A DNA stretch of 64,000 bases, taken from the NCBI GenBank assembly GCA_043228905.1, contig JBHGNT010000012.1, positions 19,778,001 through 19,842,000 on the forward strand, read 5' to 3'. Source of the DNA: Azolla caroliniana. Lineage: Eukaryota > Plantae > Polypodiophyta. Made by a program: the position numbers and the translations under genes. Below, in pieces: positions 22,151-34,773 of this stretch (the first letter of the stretch is position 1; each line of letters begins with the position of its first letter). The notes below the pieces were generated by a model. It ran no database searches and was not told the origin of the DNA. It saw only the letters and a program-made list of their open reading frames with translations.

Positions 22151-24113
22151 TGTTAATAATTAGGTAGTTAACTAAAGGTTAATTAGTAACTAATTATGTG
22201 AGTAGTTAATCACATATGTGATTAAGCAGCAGACGGTTATGTGATATGTGTGTGAGAAAGAGAGAGAGGAAGGTACACTTATGAAGAATAAGATAAATGG
22301 GGGATGATTAACAAGAGTGTAGCTAAAGACCTTTCTCTATATTAATAACGATCATCAAGTTACAAAAATACCCACAATGAGGTACATATAGATCTCATGT
22401 GCAAGGTGCACATGTGTGGGGAGAATATAGGTACAAAGATGTAAGTCCTATATTAAATGTACTTGGGAGTGGAGGATCTAGAATGTATCCCACTTAAGTA
22501 CAGAATCCTATTTAAGGCTTTATAGTCAACACTTCTAACTAGATTCTATCTAGGTAACTACTAAGTTACGTGGTTAACTAAATGTCTAAGCTTAGTTGAG
22601 CTTGATATCTCAGCACGCCCCCTCAAGCTAAAGTATGAGGCGTCTGACATCCGACTTTTCTTTCAGTGTTGTCCGGCTTTCGATGTTTGCTTTTGTTCGG
22701 CTTTCAACGTCGGCATTTTCGGTTCCTCCCCCTCAAGCCTATGACGAAGGCATGTAGCGATAAATGGTCGAAGGCTAAGTGCTTGCATCTCGATATCCAT
22801 GGATGCTAACCATCGGGGGTCACAAACAGCTTCCATAAAGTTTTCGGTCTCTTGTTAGGTCGTGACCTTCATCGCGAAGGCATACTGATGGGCCATGTAC
22901 TCGTTGTAGCCGAGCTGAGTGACCGGGTTCTTCTCTCTAGATGAGCGTCAAAGTTATCTACTTGCCCATGTGAACGCCTTTTGTTCTTCGGGTGTTCGCA
23001 TAATGGGTACACCAAACTCACTATCTTGTGAGCCGACACATCTAAATCACTGTCGTTGGCGTGGTCGACTTCATATTCAGGCATCTTACCTTTGTCTTTG
23101 TCTAATTTTGGACTTGGGCACGACGTGCTTTGGTCTCATGAAGGCTCGTGTGGTCCACTTAGATCAGTAAAGGTTGGATTGTCCTTTGGTAAAGGAGTTT
23201 GCCAAATATCGTCATCCGAGTTGACGACCAAACGTTCCTCCGTCGGTTCGGATGGAGTCGAATCGGGTTCATACCATGATGCCGATTCGTCGAAAACTAT
23301 GTCCCGACTTATCCGACCTTAAACCCTAAACTGGTTTCTTTTTCAACTTGGGTCTTGAGCTTTTGAAAGTGGGAGAGCACTTCACTCTTCTTCTTCATCG
23401 GTAAGATCGATATAGCTCCAATACCCTTAACCGACTAGGTATTGGTTCATCTTGTACTCCCAAGATGAGAAATTACTCCGGTCTAGCTTTTTGTTAGGGA
23501 GCAAGCTGCCCATCTGTGTATTTATGTTGGTGTAGTGTCTTCCTTTTGGCTTTTCTTACCTCGGTTACGTACTCGTGTAACATAGTGGCACTATAGTAGT
23601 GGATAGCCGGATTTGTTGTCGGTGTGTCGAACACACAATCATTGTGAATCGGGTGGGCTTAGTAGGTCTGCCAAACCACACGCTCTGATACCATGTTAAT
23701 AATTAGGTAATTAACTAAGGGTTAATTAGTAACTAATTATGTGAGTAGTTAATCACGTATGTGATTAAGCAATAGAAAGTTATGTGATATGTGTGTGTAT
23801 GTGTGTGAGAGGAAGAGAGAGATGAAGATACACTTATGAACAATAAGATAAATGGGGGATGATTAACAAGAGTGTAGCTAAAGACCTTTCCCACAATGAG
23901 GTATATATAGATCTCATGTGCAGGGGTGCACATGTGTGAGGAGAATATACGTACAAAGATGTAAGTCCTATATTAAATGTACTTGGGAGTGGAGGATCTA
24001 GAATCCTATTTAAGGCTTTATAGTCAACACTTCTAACTAGATTCTATCTAGGTAACTACTAAGTTACATGGTTAACTAAATGTCTAAGTTTAGTTGAGCT
24101 TGATATCTCAACA
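22151..24113 (-). mobile_element. Internally deleted, non-autonomous copia element (1963 bp) nested in the older copia
   Basis: LTRs 22151-22615 and 23694-24113. PBS TGGTATCAGAGC (tRNA-iMet; complement at 23682-23693). PPT complement CGCCCCCTCAAG. TSD TCTCT/TCTCC. The ~1.1-kb interior holds only gag-start and pol scraps. Confidence 0.92.
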
Positions 24114-24699
24114 TCTCCAAATATGAAAACCACTATTTGTGGCTCATCATATTATTCGCGCTCCAGAGTCGACATACCACACCTTGTTTAGTTTTTAGGT
24201 GCTCTTCTTCATCGAATTTGCCTTGTGCTTCATCACAAAGGTTGGGCCCTTTCCGGTTTTGGGTCCTTCCAACCCTTCGGCGTAATGCGAATGTTGCCGA
24301 TTCCCATGTTCCGCTTTCCTCAATTTGGATTTATCCGAATCAACCTTCTTTTTCCAGCATTTGCTCTCCTTGTGGCCTTTCCAAACACAATACCAGCATT
24401 CCATCTCGGCTTTCCCTTGCCGGTTTTCGGCACTGCCTTGACTCCCCTTGCTCGTGGAGGGTCCGGAACTGTCGTCGACATGTCGATTATGCCTTTGATT
24501 CTGTTCATTCAGTCGCCACCATTGTGTGCCGATCCACCTCATCCACCACGACCACAGGGCCGATCCGCCTCCATGTACAACATTCGACTGTCAGATTGCA
24601 TGCTCTTCGATGCACTTGTGTGGTTTTCTTCGACCATGATTATCGATAATCTCATTATTGTACATAATGAATGGCTTGTCTTGTTTTTGGCTATTCGCA

Positions 24700-25670
24700 A
24701 GCATTATCTTTGTTTTAGAGCTATTGAGACTTAATTTAGTATGCATGCAAAAATTTTCCAATGCCTTCATAATCTTTTGTGCATCTCCTAAAGTATTTGC
24801 AAAAAGCTCACATCATCCGCATATAGCAAAAGTATAATGACAACTTTCCCAATTACAACTTCTTCAACACCTTCTTCATTTACAAACTTGGCAACCATTT
24901 CTTCCAAATCATCAATGCATAGACCAAATATAGTTGGTGAGAGTGGGCATCCTTGCTTAATACTAATAATGCTTTTGAAAAAATCTGAAAGTTTATTGCT
25001 CATACACACACAACATATAAGCTTCTCATATATTTACTTGGCACCTCAATTTCTTCCATTTGCCTCCAAAGATGCCCATGAGGTACCATATCAAAAGCTT
25101 TCTTGAAGTCTACGAAGCAACAATATAAACATTTACCTCCAAGGCGACTTTCCTCCATGAATACTTGAAGGGTGACAAGGTGATCAATGGTGTTATGGTG
25201 TTTTTGAAAACCAGCTTGTCTACAAAATCTCACCATTTTTTTCAGCCCATGCACTTATCTTTGATTCCATTATACATCCAAATAGTTTTGCCATTAGCAA
25301 TCCAACCATGATGGTTCGATAGTTGTTTACATTATTACATCTCCACCTTAATGTAAAGGTTTGATCCAATTTGTAGTCTAATCATACAACATACCATATT
25401 GCAATGCATGATTAAACATATCATTTATCCATGCATGTGATTCCTTTCCTATCCATTTGAGCATTTTCGCCTCTATACATTGAAGATCGCTTGCCTTTCG
25501 AGAGGCCAAATTCTTAAGTCCTATGCATATATCTTCAATTGTAAAGAAAGGAGACATATCTGAATTAGAACCATACCACATCATCTTTCCAGCAAGAGAT
25601 AGTTCATATAGATTCTTACAACGCATAGACAAGTCAAGAAACTTGGCGCATAATCCTTCACCTCCTAACA
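24700..25670 (-). mobile_element. Decayed LINE reverse transcriptase fragment
   Basis: Frameshifted pieces QAGF..HNTIDHL, CFVDFKKAFDMV, KQGCPLSPTIF, LLYADD. Confidence 0.85.
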
Positions 25671-27899
25671 TTGGCCTTCCAACATCGCCTAGGTTTGTGT
25701 CACCTCCTTGGTTTGTGAAATCTCATTTGTTCGCTTCGTCTCTTTTGTTTGCGTCGTCTCCTTCGTTTGCACGGTCCATGGTCTTTGGTTACTAATTGTA
25801 TGAAGGGGTGATTCACACAAGGAAGTTGAAAGATGTCTAAAGAATCTTCTCACACAACATCACGTCTTCCCTGGTCAAGGAACCCCATGGTCCTACCTGA
25901 GTAGCACACGCATTTATGTGACACTTGACCCGACCTAACAAACATAATAGTTAGGAAGTCCCTCCACTCAACCATCCCCTCATAACCTAATGTGTCACAA
26001 TTAGCTACCACAACCAATCCACTGTACCAAACCTCCAGAAGTAGTTCCTTGTAGGTGGTTCAATGTTGCAGACTTTTACTGTCATGACTTCGTGGATCAG
26101 TTCCAATTGTCCCATGGTCTACAATGAGAACTAGAATAGCTCGAACAAGGAGATAGGTGGGGAAACCAACTAAAAGATTAATCCCCTACCCCTATCCCAT
26201 AGGAGTGCAATCTTTGTTACCTCTCCCTCCTCGCCTTGTTGTAATCATATTATCCAGAAGGTGCGCAACTGAATACCAAGTTGATGACCTCCTCCATCAA
26301 TTCTACAACAATAAAATGATGACACATGGTTTGCTTCCAACCCCATCAATACTCAAGAATGGTATCTGTTACGGGCATGACCATATAATATCACATGTAT
26401 AGAATACGACGGTACATTCTCACCTATAGAATACTATGGTATATTCTCACCACAGGATATTATATGGTCATGCCCATAACAGTATCATGTAGTCATGAAC
26501 CCATTAATTGAGTGGCCCGACTCTCAACCATTGAAGCAACATTCCTTTAAATTTAAAGACTAACAATTTCGGTAGTGGTTTGTGATGCACCCTCCGCAAA
26601 TCCACACCCACCCTACTTTTTTACCTCTACCTCAACATTGGCATTGGCCAAAATACCTTCCTACACAGTACACAGGAAAGGTTCCCCACACTTCATTTCA
26701 ATTGGTCATTATTTCTTTCCCTGCACAAACACCAACCCTTAGAAGCAAGAATGCTTCTAGTGATGACACGCTTCATCAACACATATCTTGAGATCATGAA
26801 CCTCAACATCCAAGTGGAAATCACATTTTGCAACTTCTAAGGATCCTTCTAGATTCACCCCTTTTCAATGCACCCTAGGTTCGTCATTACAACCATCCAG
26901 AATGGGGGCTCATGTTCAACCTCAATAAAGGACCAACTTACCCCATCTAGTTGTCCTATGGATGCATATCAATATCTTTCCTACCACCTACAAATAGGAT
27001 ATTTTGAAATTGTGATCTACGAGTGATTCACACCCGCATATAGTAGTTTAGACAAGTATCCACCATCACACTTCACTAGATATGTCAGCAATTTCAAGGA
27101 GTTCTTCACAACCACCTCCCAAATACAAGATGTCCAACTTCCCCTCTCAACATGCAATGCCTCCACCTCCCACGTTGCCTCGGAAACTTCGAGCCAAATG
27201 GTCATCTAGTGTGAAAGGAGCCCAACCTCAATATAAAAATTATAAAGTCACTAAAAGGTGACTTTGCAATTTTGCTTCCCCTTTGGGTCTCTCCTTTCAT
27301 ATAGTTCAAGTACTAGCACTCTAAACTCTTTCCTCTCTATATTTCACTTGAGCCAAAGATCGATTAAGATTAAGAGCTAATTAGGTAAACCCTAATCATT
27401 CTACCAATTTTATGTGAGAAGTGGCTTTTATTGTATTTGGAGATCTTTTTATGTGTATGTATATATCTAAGTGCCAATCTTCTATTAAGAGAGACCCAAG
27501 GCTGATTGACAACCATTCATGTGTAGTTCACTACTAATAGGGTAAACACCGGTAGAACTTTGTCAGTTCATAGACATGTACACAAAAAGTAGGCTCAGTA
27601 TTGCCCCCCCACTTGACATGGAAGAGGGGGGGGGGGGGGGGTTGAGGTTTATCCACTCTAGTGGAACCCACAAATATAAAAAGAATAAACATAAAGTAGG
27701 AGAATATTTGTGCAATCTTAGTAGCCTTGATATTCCATGATAAATTGATAGGGTCACTAAAAATTAGAAAAACAAAGAGAATGAGAAATAAAAAAACAAG
27801 TTGAGAGATAGAGAAACAAAAGGACAAAGAGAGACAAAGAGTTATAGAAGAAACTAGAGATGGTCTTCATGTTGACCCACTCTAAAGACCTAATTGTTA

Positions 27900-30800
27900 T
27901 CCTATCCTAAAGAGTTTTGTGATTCTCTTCACCATCGATCTCAGGCACTGATCATGCTCTTTGGTAAATCTTCCTAGTTCATTTTTTGTACTATAGGGTG
28001 TAGTAGGTGTGGGTAGAAGTAGCACAATATGTTGTGGGTGAGATCGAGGGTGGTTTGATACTAACATAATCTTAGGGAGATGTGCTCTACAAACCCATCG
28101 TTCCTGGTCATTTTTCTTCGACATATGACACGATAATTTGTTTTTACTTGATACCAAGTTTAACATAAACGTGATGATTCTGAGATTCCACCATGATAGT
28201 GATGAAGTATCCAACTCTGGCATTGCTATTCAATTTGTAAGAATGGTATACCCCTAGATGTCATATGGGTTTTTGATTTTGCATTCCCATATTAATCAAT
28301 CAAGCTTAATGGGAAAAGAAAACAATTTGATTTTGTTGTGTTTGCGTCAAAATTGGTCATTTGACACCCTTTCTCCCAACATCCAGTTCAAAATCCCACA
28401 CCTTGGAAATAACTTTAGTGAGGAGAGTATGTTCACACGATTCTTCCATGAGGCATGTCAAGTGTTAGAAATATTGAGAATCGACTAGATATGAATATAG
28501 AGTTACAATCACAAAGATGTATTTCTATCAATACAAACTTTCTATTCCATATGAGAGTAGCTCACAATGTTGTGCTCACACTTAAGAGCTTAGATGGGAA
28601 TTGGACTAGTCGACTATAGAGTTAGTTGACAAAAGTAATAGTCACAAAAATTATGCAAGAGAAACAAAGTGGATACTTATCATAGATTCAATAGGCATCT
28701 GACTCTTCATTCTATCTTGACAAAGATACACTTCTTTCTTTTAGCATTCAATTTCTTCCTGTTGATATCTAGAACATGTGCATAACACGTACACTCGAAT
28801 GTCCTCAAGTGAAGTACTAAAGGTTTCTTGCCCAAATACCCTTATGGTGTCTTCCCTTGAAGTTCCTTCATGAAAGTCCAATTAAGGATGGATGTAAACT
28901 ATTGTGTTTATTGCCACAACATCCTAGAATGCCATGCAATGCTTCTGTCTTCAACATGCACCTAGCTAGCCATCTTGATGATCATCTAATTCCTACTATT
29001 GAGCAACACCATTATATTGTGGGGTGTAGATGGTTGTTAATTGGCACTTAATGCATGCTCATTGTTGTACTCACAAAATTCTACTAATAAGAAATTTTCC
29101 TTCAATCAAAGTGTAACTTCTTCACCAACTTTGATCCGAGCTTCCGTTCAACAAACTTATGTCATATTTTGAAGTCGCTAAAATCTTTGGCCTTCTTCCG
29201 AAGGAAGTTAACATACCTCTTTCTATAAAAGTTGTTAACTACTAGTATATAGTAGAGAGGCCAACCTTTCGTAGGAGTTCCCATTTCTTTGGAGAGATCA
29301 AGATGTATCAACTTTAGAGAAGACTTTGTCTAATTTCAACTCTCTTTTGGAATTCCAACATTTGATGGTTGCTCATCCTACAATACCATGTTGGATAGGG
29401 TCATGAACCCTGCAATACCATGTTGGATAGGGTCATTTGATGGTTGCTCACACATGACTTATGTTGGATAGGGTCATGAACCCTACAATACCATGGCAAT
29501 ATTGAGATGCCCAAATCTCTCATGCCATGGCTTCATGTTAGTACATGTATTGGTAGAGATTGTAAATGCACTTAGCCCATAAAGATTGACCCCTTGTCCT
29601 ACGACCTTGTCAACAATTTATTATTTATGCACTCCGCTTCTTGAATAAAACATGAAGACCCTTCAATCAATGCATAAATGGACATTAGATTCTTCTTCGG
29701 ATCCAACACTTACAACACTTGAGATATATGCTTTGTCTCAATGGTTTTTTCTTTCAAGGAGATGGTTCCAATTCTCTAGCTAAACATCAAGCATTGTTCG
29801 TGACCACAAAATTCATGTGCTCTTGTAGAGGTTTCCAAGAGTTATTACAAGTCACGATTATTTGTCATATGTCAGGATGGTCCACTATTGAGAATCCACA
29901 AGTTGTCAACAACTTGTGTCAACTGAAGAGCTCATGCACAAGATTATTGGCCGATCGAGGCTTTCTCCAAGAAGCCAATGTAAACTACAAATTGAACTCA
30001 ACCACAACATTGTTGGCCGACTTAGGCTTTCTCCAAGAAGTCAAGCTCACCCACAAATTGAGCTCATCCACAACATTATTGATCGGTTCATGCTTTCTCC
30101 AGGAAATCTTACTACACCCATTCTTCTCATCATCCATCTTCCTCTAGCAATCCTTGATAGTGTGACCTTTGTTGTCATTGTAGAAACACTATTGAAATAT
30201 CCTCTTTGCACTATTAGAATTGGATGCCCCCGTACCGAGCACCCTTACTCCCAGTAACTAATGTTGAATCTTCCCTTCTCTTGCCTTTAACCAAAGCTCC
30301 TCTTCAAACAACATTGCACTCAATTCATCAAAATTTAAAAGAGTGGCTCTAACCTAAATGTTCCATGGTATCATAATGTAATCATACTCGAAAGTAAGTA
30401 CTCATATGCAACAATGAGCTATACCCTCTAGAGAGACAACTACACCAACAACAACCACCTCTTAAAGATCCTTAATCCGTTTCCAAAGGATTCCACTTTT
30501 TCTCCATCAACAAGATTCTTTGTTATTATAGAAACACTATTGGAATATCCTCTTTGCACTTGTGACCCTTGTTGTCATTGTAGAAACACTATTTGAATAT
30601 CCTCTTTACACTATTAAAATTGGATGCCCCAGTACCGAGCACCTTTACTCCTAGTAAGAAATGTTGAAGTTTCCCTTCTCTTGCCTTTAGCCAAATCTCC
30701 TCTTTGAATAACATTGCACTCGATTCATCAAAATTTAAAAGAGTGGGTCTAACCTAAGTGTTCAATGCTATCATAATGTGATAGTACTTGGAAGTAAGGA

Positions 30801-31050
30801 CTCATATGCAACAATGCACCATATCATCTAGAGAGACCACTACACCAACAAACACCACGTCTTCAAGATCCTTAATCCTTTTTACAAAGGATTCCACTTT
30901 TTCTCCATCAACAAGATTCTTTGCAACAAGCTAATTTTCCAAGTTTTGTATCATTGTATCAGTGATGGTACCACCATGAGACAACGCAAGTCGCATGTGG
31001 GTACTACACATTGATGACACACATTCCAAGTCGCAATGTTTGCTTGGCTC
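27900..31050 (-). mobile_element. Highly decayed copia-like remnants with internal tandem duplications
   Basis: Weak copia-like fragments; TGTTAG LTR-like start near 28463; 60-bp x3 repeat at ~29930-30110; ~400-bp tandem duplication at ~30161-30923. Confidence 0.45.
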
Positions 31051-31857
31051 TAGCATGTGGTAACATAAATAGGTATTAAAACTTAATCATAACACAAGTA
31101 GGAAAACCGTTGTCAATAATGGGGATAAACCATTGATTACATACTTAATTACAATCTACAATATTTAAATATTGTATTTCTTTCTTGGCATCCGATTCAT
31201 GTTTGACTCAATTTTCACCTTGCAATTAACGATTTTTAACTAGCTTTACTTTGGGATTTCTTCTAATTTAGTATCCACATTGGTTGGAATGGTGACTTCT
31301 ATTCGGATAATTTTGCTTCTATTCTTTAATAAGACCATTTCAATGATGTAATTGATGCATTTGAAGAATTAGCTTAACAACTCCAAAATGTGATTCAAAG
31401 AAATACATCATTGTTCATAGACATTCAAGGTTTGAGACTATATTTGGGTTCTCACTGAGAGACAAAGGCTATATGTAGTAATAGAAACGTGGGCAAATTA
31501 TAACATGAAACCACATTAGTTGTGAATGACTAAGCTAACCTTGTGCATTTTGAATCTAACACACTTAACACATTAACAACATTAACACAAACAATTAGAC
31601 AATAGTTGAGCCTTATTTCCATGAAACTATTATTAATAATGAAATAGACTAAAGAGCACAATGTTATTAAGCTAGTTTCTTTACTAAATCAAGAATTTGT
31701 CTCTCTTATTCATATTTTTTATGGTTCTAAATGAAAGGAAGCCTTTTGAAATAAAAAATACAAAGGTTCTATAATCACATGGTTTCCAATAACTAAGGGT
31801 GCTTTCCCACACTTATGGTTACTTCTTATTATCCTAATAATACGTGGAATGTTAACT

Positions 31858-32535
31858 CATTGCATATGAGTAACCAATCAAAATTATGATGCAATGTCTT
31901 CCTTCTAGGGTTTAGGCCAAAACATTTACATGTTTTACACATTCCTTACATGAGTGAGGGTAGTTGAACTACTTATTAACATACAAGGATCAATAAGTTA
32001 ATTGCATATGAGTAGCCAATGTGAATCATAATGCAATGACTTTCTTCTAGGCCAAAACATTTACATGTTTGACACGTTCCTTACTTGACTGAGGGTAGTT
32101 GAACTACTTAACATACAAGGTTCAATAAGATCATTGCATGAGTAGACACTCAAAATCATAATGCAATAACTTTCTTCGAGGCCAAAACATTGACGTATTT
32201 TACACATTCGTAACATGGGTGAGGGTAGCTGAACTACTTACTTAACATACAAGGTTCAATAAGATCATTGCATATGAGTAGCAAGTCAAAACCATAATGC
32301 AATGATTTCCTTCTAGGCCAAAACATTTACATGTTTTATACACTCGTTCTATAAGTGAGGGTAGTTGAACTACTTACTTATCATACAAGGCTAAATAGAT
32401 TATTGCATATGAGTAGCCAATCAAAATCATAATGCGATGACTTTCTTCTAAACTAAAACATTTACTTGTTTTACATGTTCCTCACATGAGTGAGGGTGGC
32501 TGAACTACTTACTTAAAATACAAGGCTAAATAAGA
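31858..32535. repeat. Tandem repeat, ~135-bp unit x5
   Basis: TGCAT(AT)GAGTA...CCAAAACATTTACATG...GAGGGTAGTTGAACTACTTA recurs at 31861, 32003, 32135, 32269 and 32404. Confidence 0.92.
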
Positions 32536-34773
32536 AATACTAAGCGAAAAATCTAAGAAGACCTATTAGTGTTAGATATATAGAATATAATTACACACGG
32601 TGACTTCCGCATTTATGGTGGTACAAAAAGACCTAAGTTTGACATACCAGACTTGATGCAAACAAAAATAAAGAATGGAAGTACGGATTCATGATATTCA
32701 TAAGTCATTAAAGGTTTGACAAACACAATACATAATGGACATTTACAAGTGTTATTTTTGTTTTGAAGTCTCGAGTATAGTTTGAAAATTTATAGAGATA
32801 AGAAACACTTGGTGATGAGTGGATATACATGTCGATTCATTACGGGTGTCTATTTCTAGTAAAGTGACTTTACGCCTCAAAGAACCTTTTTATTAAATAA
32901 GCATCATGGACCTATGGTTCTTTTTGAAATGTTTTTTTTTTTTACCAATGATAATGACAAAGTTTCTCTCCTTCCAATTGCCATATGCACGAGGCTTTCC
33001 ATGTTAGTTGTTATGGTCATTCAAGGAATGCTTGCCGTAGTTTTTGAAGCCCCCTTAATCAGGGACATGCACGAGGCTTTCCATGTTAGTTGTTATGGTC
33101 ATTTAAGGAATATTTGCCTTTGTTTCTCAAGTCCCCTTAATCCACCAAAACAATGGGAGGTTCTTATGTATCAAGCACATGACCTTCCAAGGATTCAATT
33201 TTAGAACCTTCGTAATGCACAAAATGTCATTGCAATTCATCTTAGGCTCTAGTCAAGAACTTAAATTAGCTTCCCGCTACAAAAATGAGTTTATTCCCTT
33301 TACTTGGAAAAGATATCGTTAATAACCATGACACAATTCTATTTAGAATATGATTACTAGGTTGTCTGCAATTAGGAAAATAAATCTTCATAGCTAAATC
33401 AACATAATTTCCACTTACATACTATATGTGTGAAACTATTTTGAGAACAATGTTACTTTATGGAAGAAATGTGTAGGTACCTATCAAAGATGTAATTTTG
33501 TTGCTTACCATTACAAAAACATTGATCTTAACACATTAGCACTTATGGCCAAGTCATTGAACTGTACAAATTGTGTATTTTAATGAATAATAGAAATGGA
33601 CAAACAATTCATGTTTGCAACAAGTAATTGTGCATGAATGGGTAGTCAATTACACTAATGTATCATGTGATTACTAGCTAGCTTTTGCAAAATGTATTGC
33701 CACTTAATTACATTAACCTCGTACTTAGTGGTGATTATTTTGTAAATTTCAAAATTTGGGCTCTGTTTCTCTTCATTTTTAAGTACGAAGATGAATTTAT
33801 GTAGTCATGCTAAGATATCCAAAGTGTAATGTAATAACAAGAGGTAAGGAAATCTCTACACATAAGAATACGACTTACATTGACATGGCAAGATCTCACA
33901 TGCAATGTTTATAAAAGCAGCCCAAGCCATTTCATTTTGTTATGGAAAAGGTTAACTCAAGAATAAGCAAGCATGGTCAGCTCACTTTATTTAGTTGACT
34001 GAGATGCTTAATAGGTGAAGTTAGTATAATGCTTGTCACTCATAAATTTGTGATTCGATATTTTTTTACCTATAATTCATAATTCTCATTGCTTTAATGA
34101 TCCAAAATCGTGCATGTGTGTACTCACAACACTTTTGTAAGCTACGTAACAATACAAGATTGAATAAACGTTAGAGGTACGGTACATGTTAGGTAAAACC
34201 ATGGATGTGTCATAAGAATATATGAAGACTTCGTGAAGCCGAAGCAAATATTTGTTTTGATAGAAGCATAAGAAAAAATTTAATTCTATTTTCCAATAAA
34301 GAAAATGTTTTCATTCAGACAAAAACGTAAGAAGATTATTATTGATAGCATATTACAACAACATTGATGTAAAGAGATAGTTCATAAATTCATGAAAGAA
34401 CATCAAACGCGGACATGTGATGTAACAGTTGTGAAAGGTCATGCATCATAAATACTCAAAGTTTGGTGAGACACTTGAATTGATACTAGATGGGTATGGT
34501 GAAATCAATGCCTCATTCAATGCAAAGGATAGTATGGGAGATTTTGTGTGCTAAAACATGCATGTAAGATGCAAATGTATGCTAAATTCATGCAAGAAGT
34601 AACGAGTATGCCTTTTTTGTTTACTATTTTAAATTAAATCGGACCATTTTCATTTAAGTTCGGTAGGGGTTGATGAAAAAGAGTGATGGATAAAGTTGTT
34701 TATAAGATATGGACAAGGGGAGTGATAAACCGATGAAAGGGGGAGTGGAGACATATTGAGAGAGACACAAGGT

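Larger units (their letters stand above)
12476..24650 (-). mobile_element. Decayed Ty1/copia element (3' LTR ~12476-12790; RH-RT-IN-gag remnants), host of two nested LTR elements
   Basis: Minus-strand fragments HARTKHIEVHYHF, LYVDD, WHLHQMDVKN, PEQNGIAE and a gag zinc knuckle near 24370-24410. The coding frame continues across both insertions (LRKMG|FAASKS and WFSYLE|KPEQSG). No 5' LTR found. Confidence 0.85.

Noticed and set aside
25700-27520. Possible decayed gypsy/LTR remnant
   Set aside because: No boundary, TSD or protein motif that I could confirm by eye.
31858-32535. CRISPR-like array
   Set aside because: Whole units repeat with no unique spacers, the context is eukaryotic and there are no cas genes.
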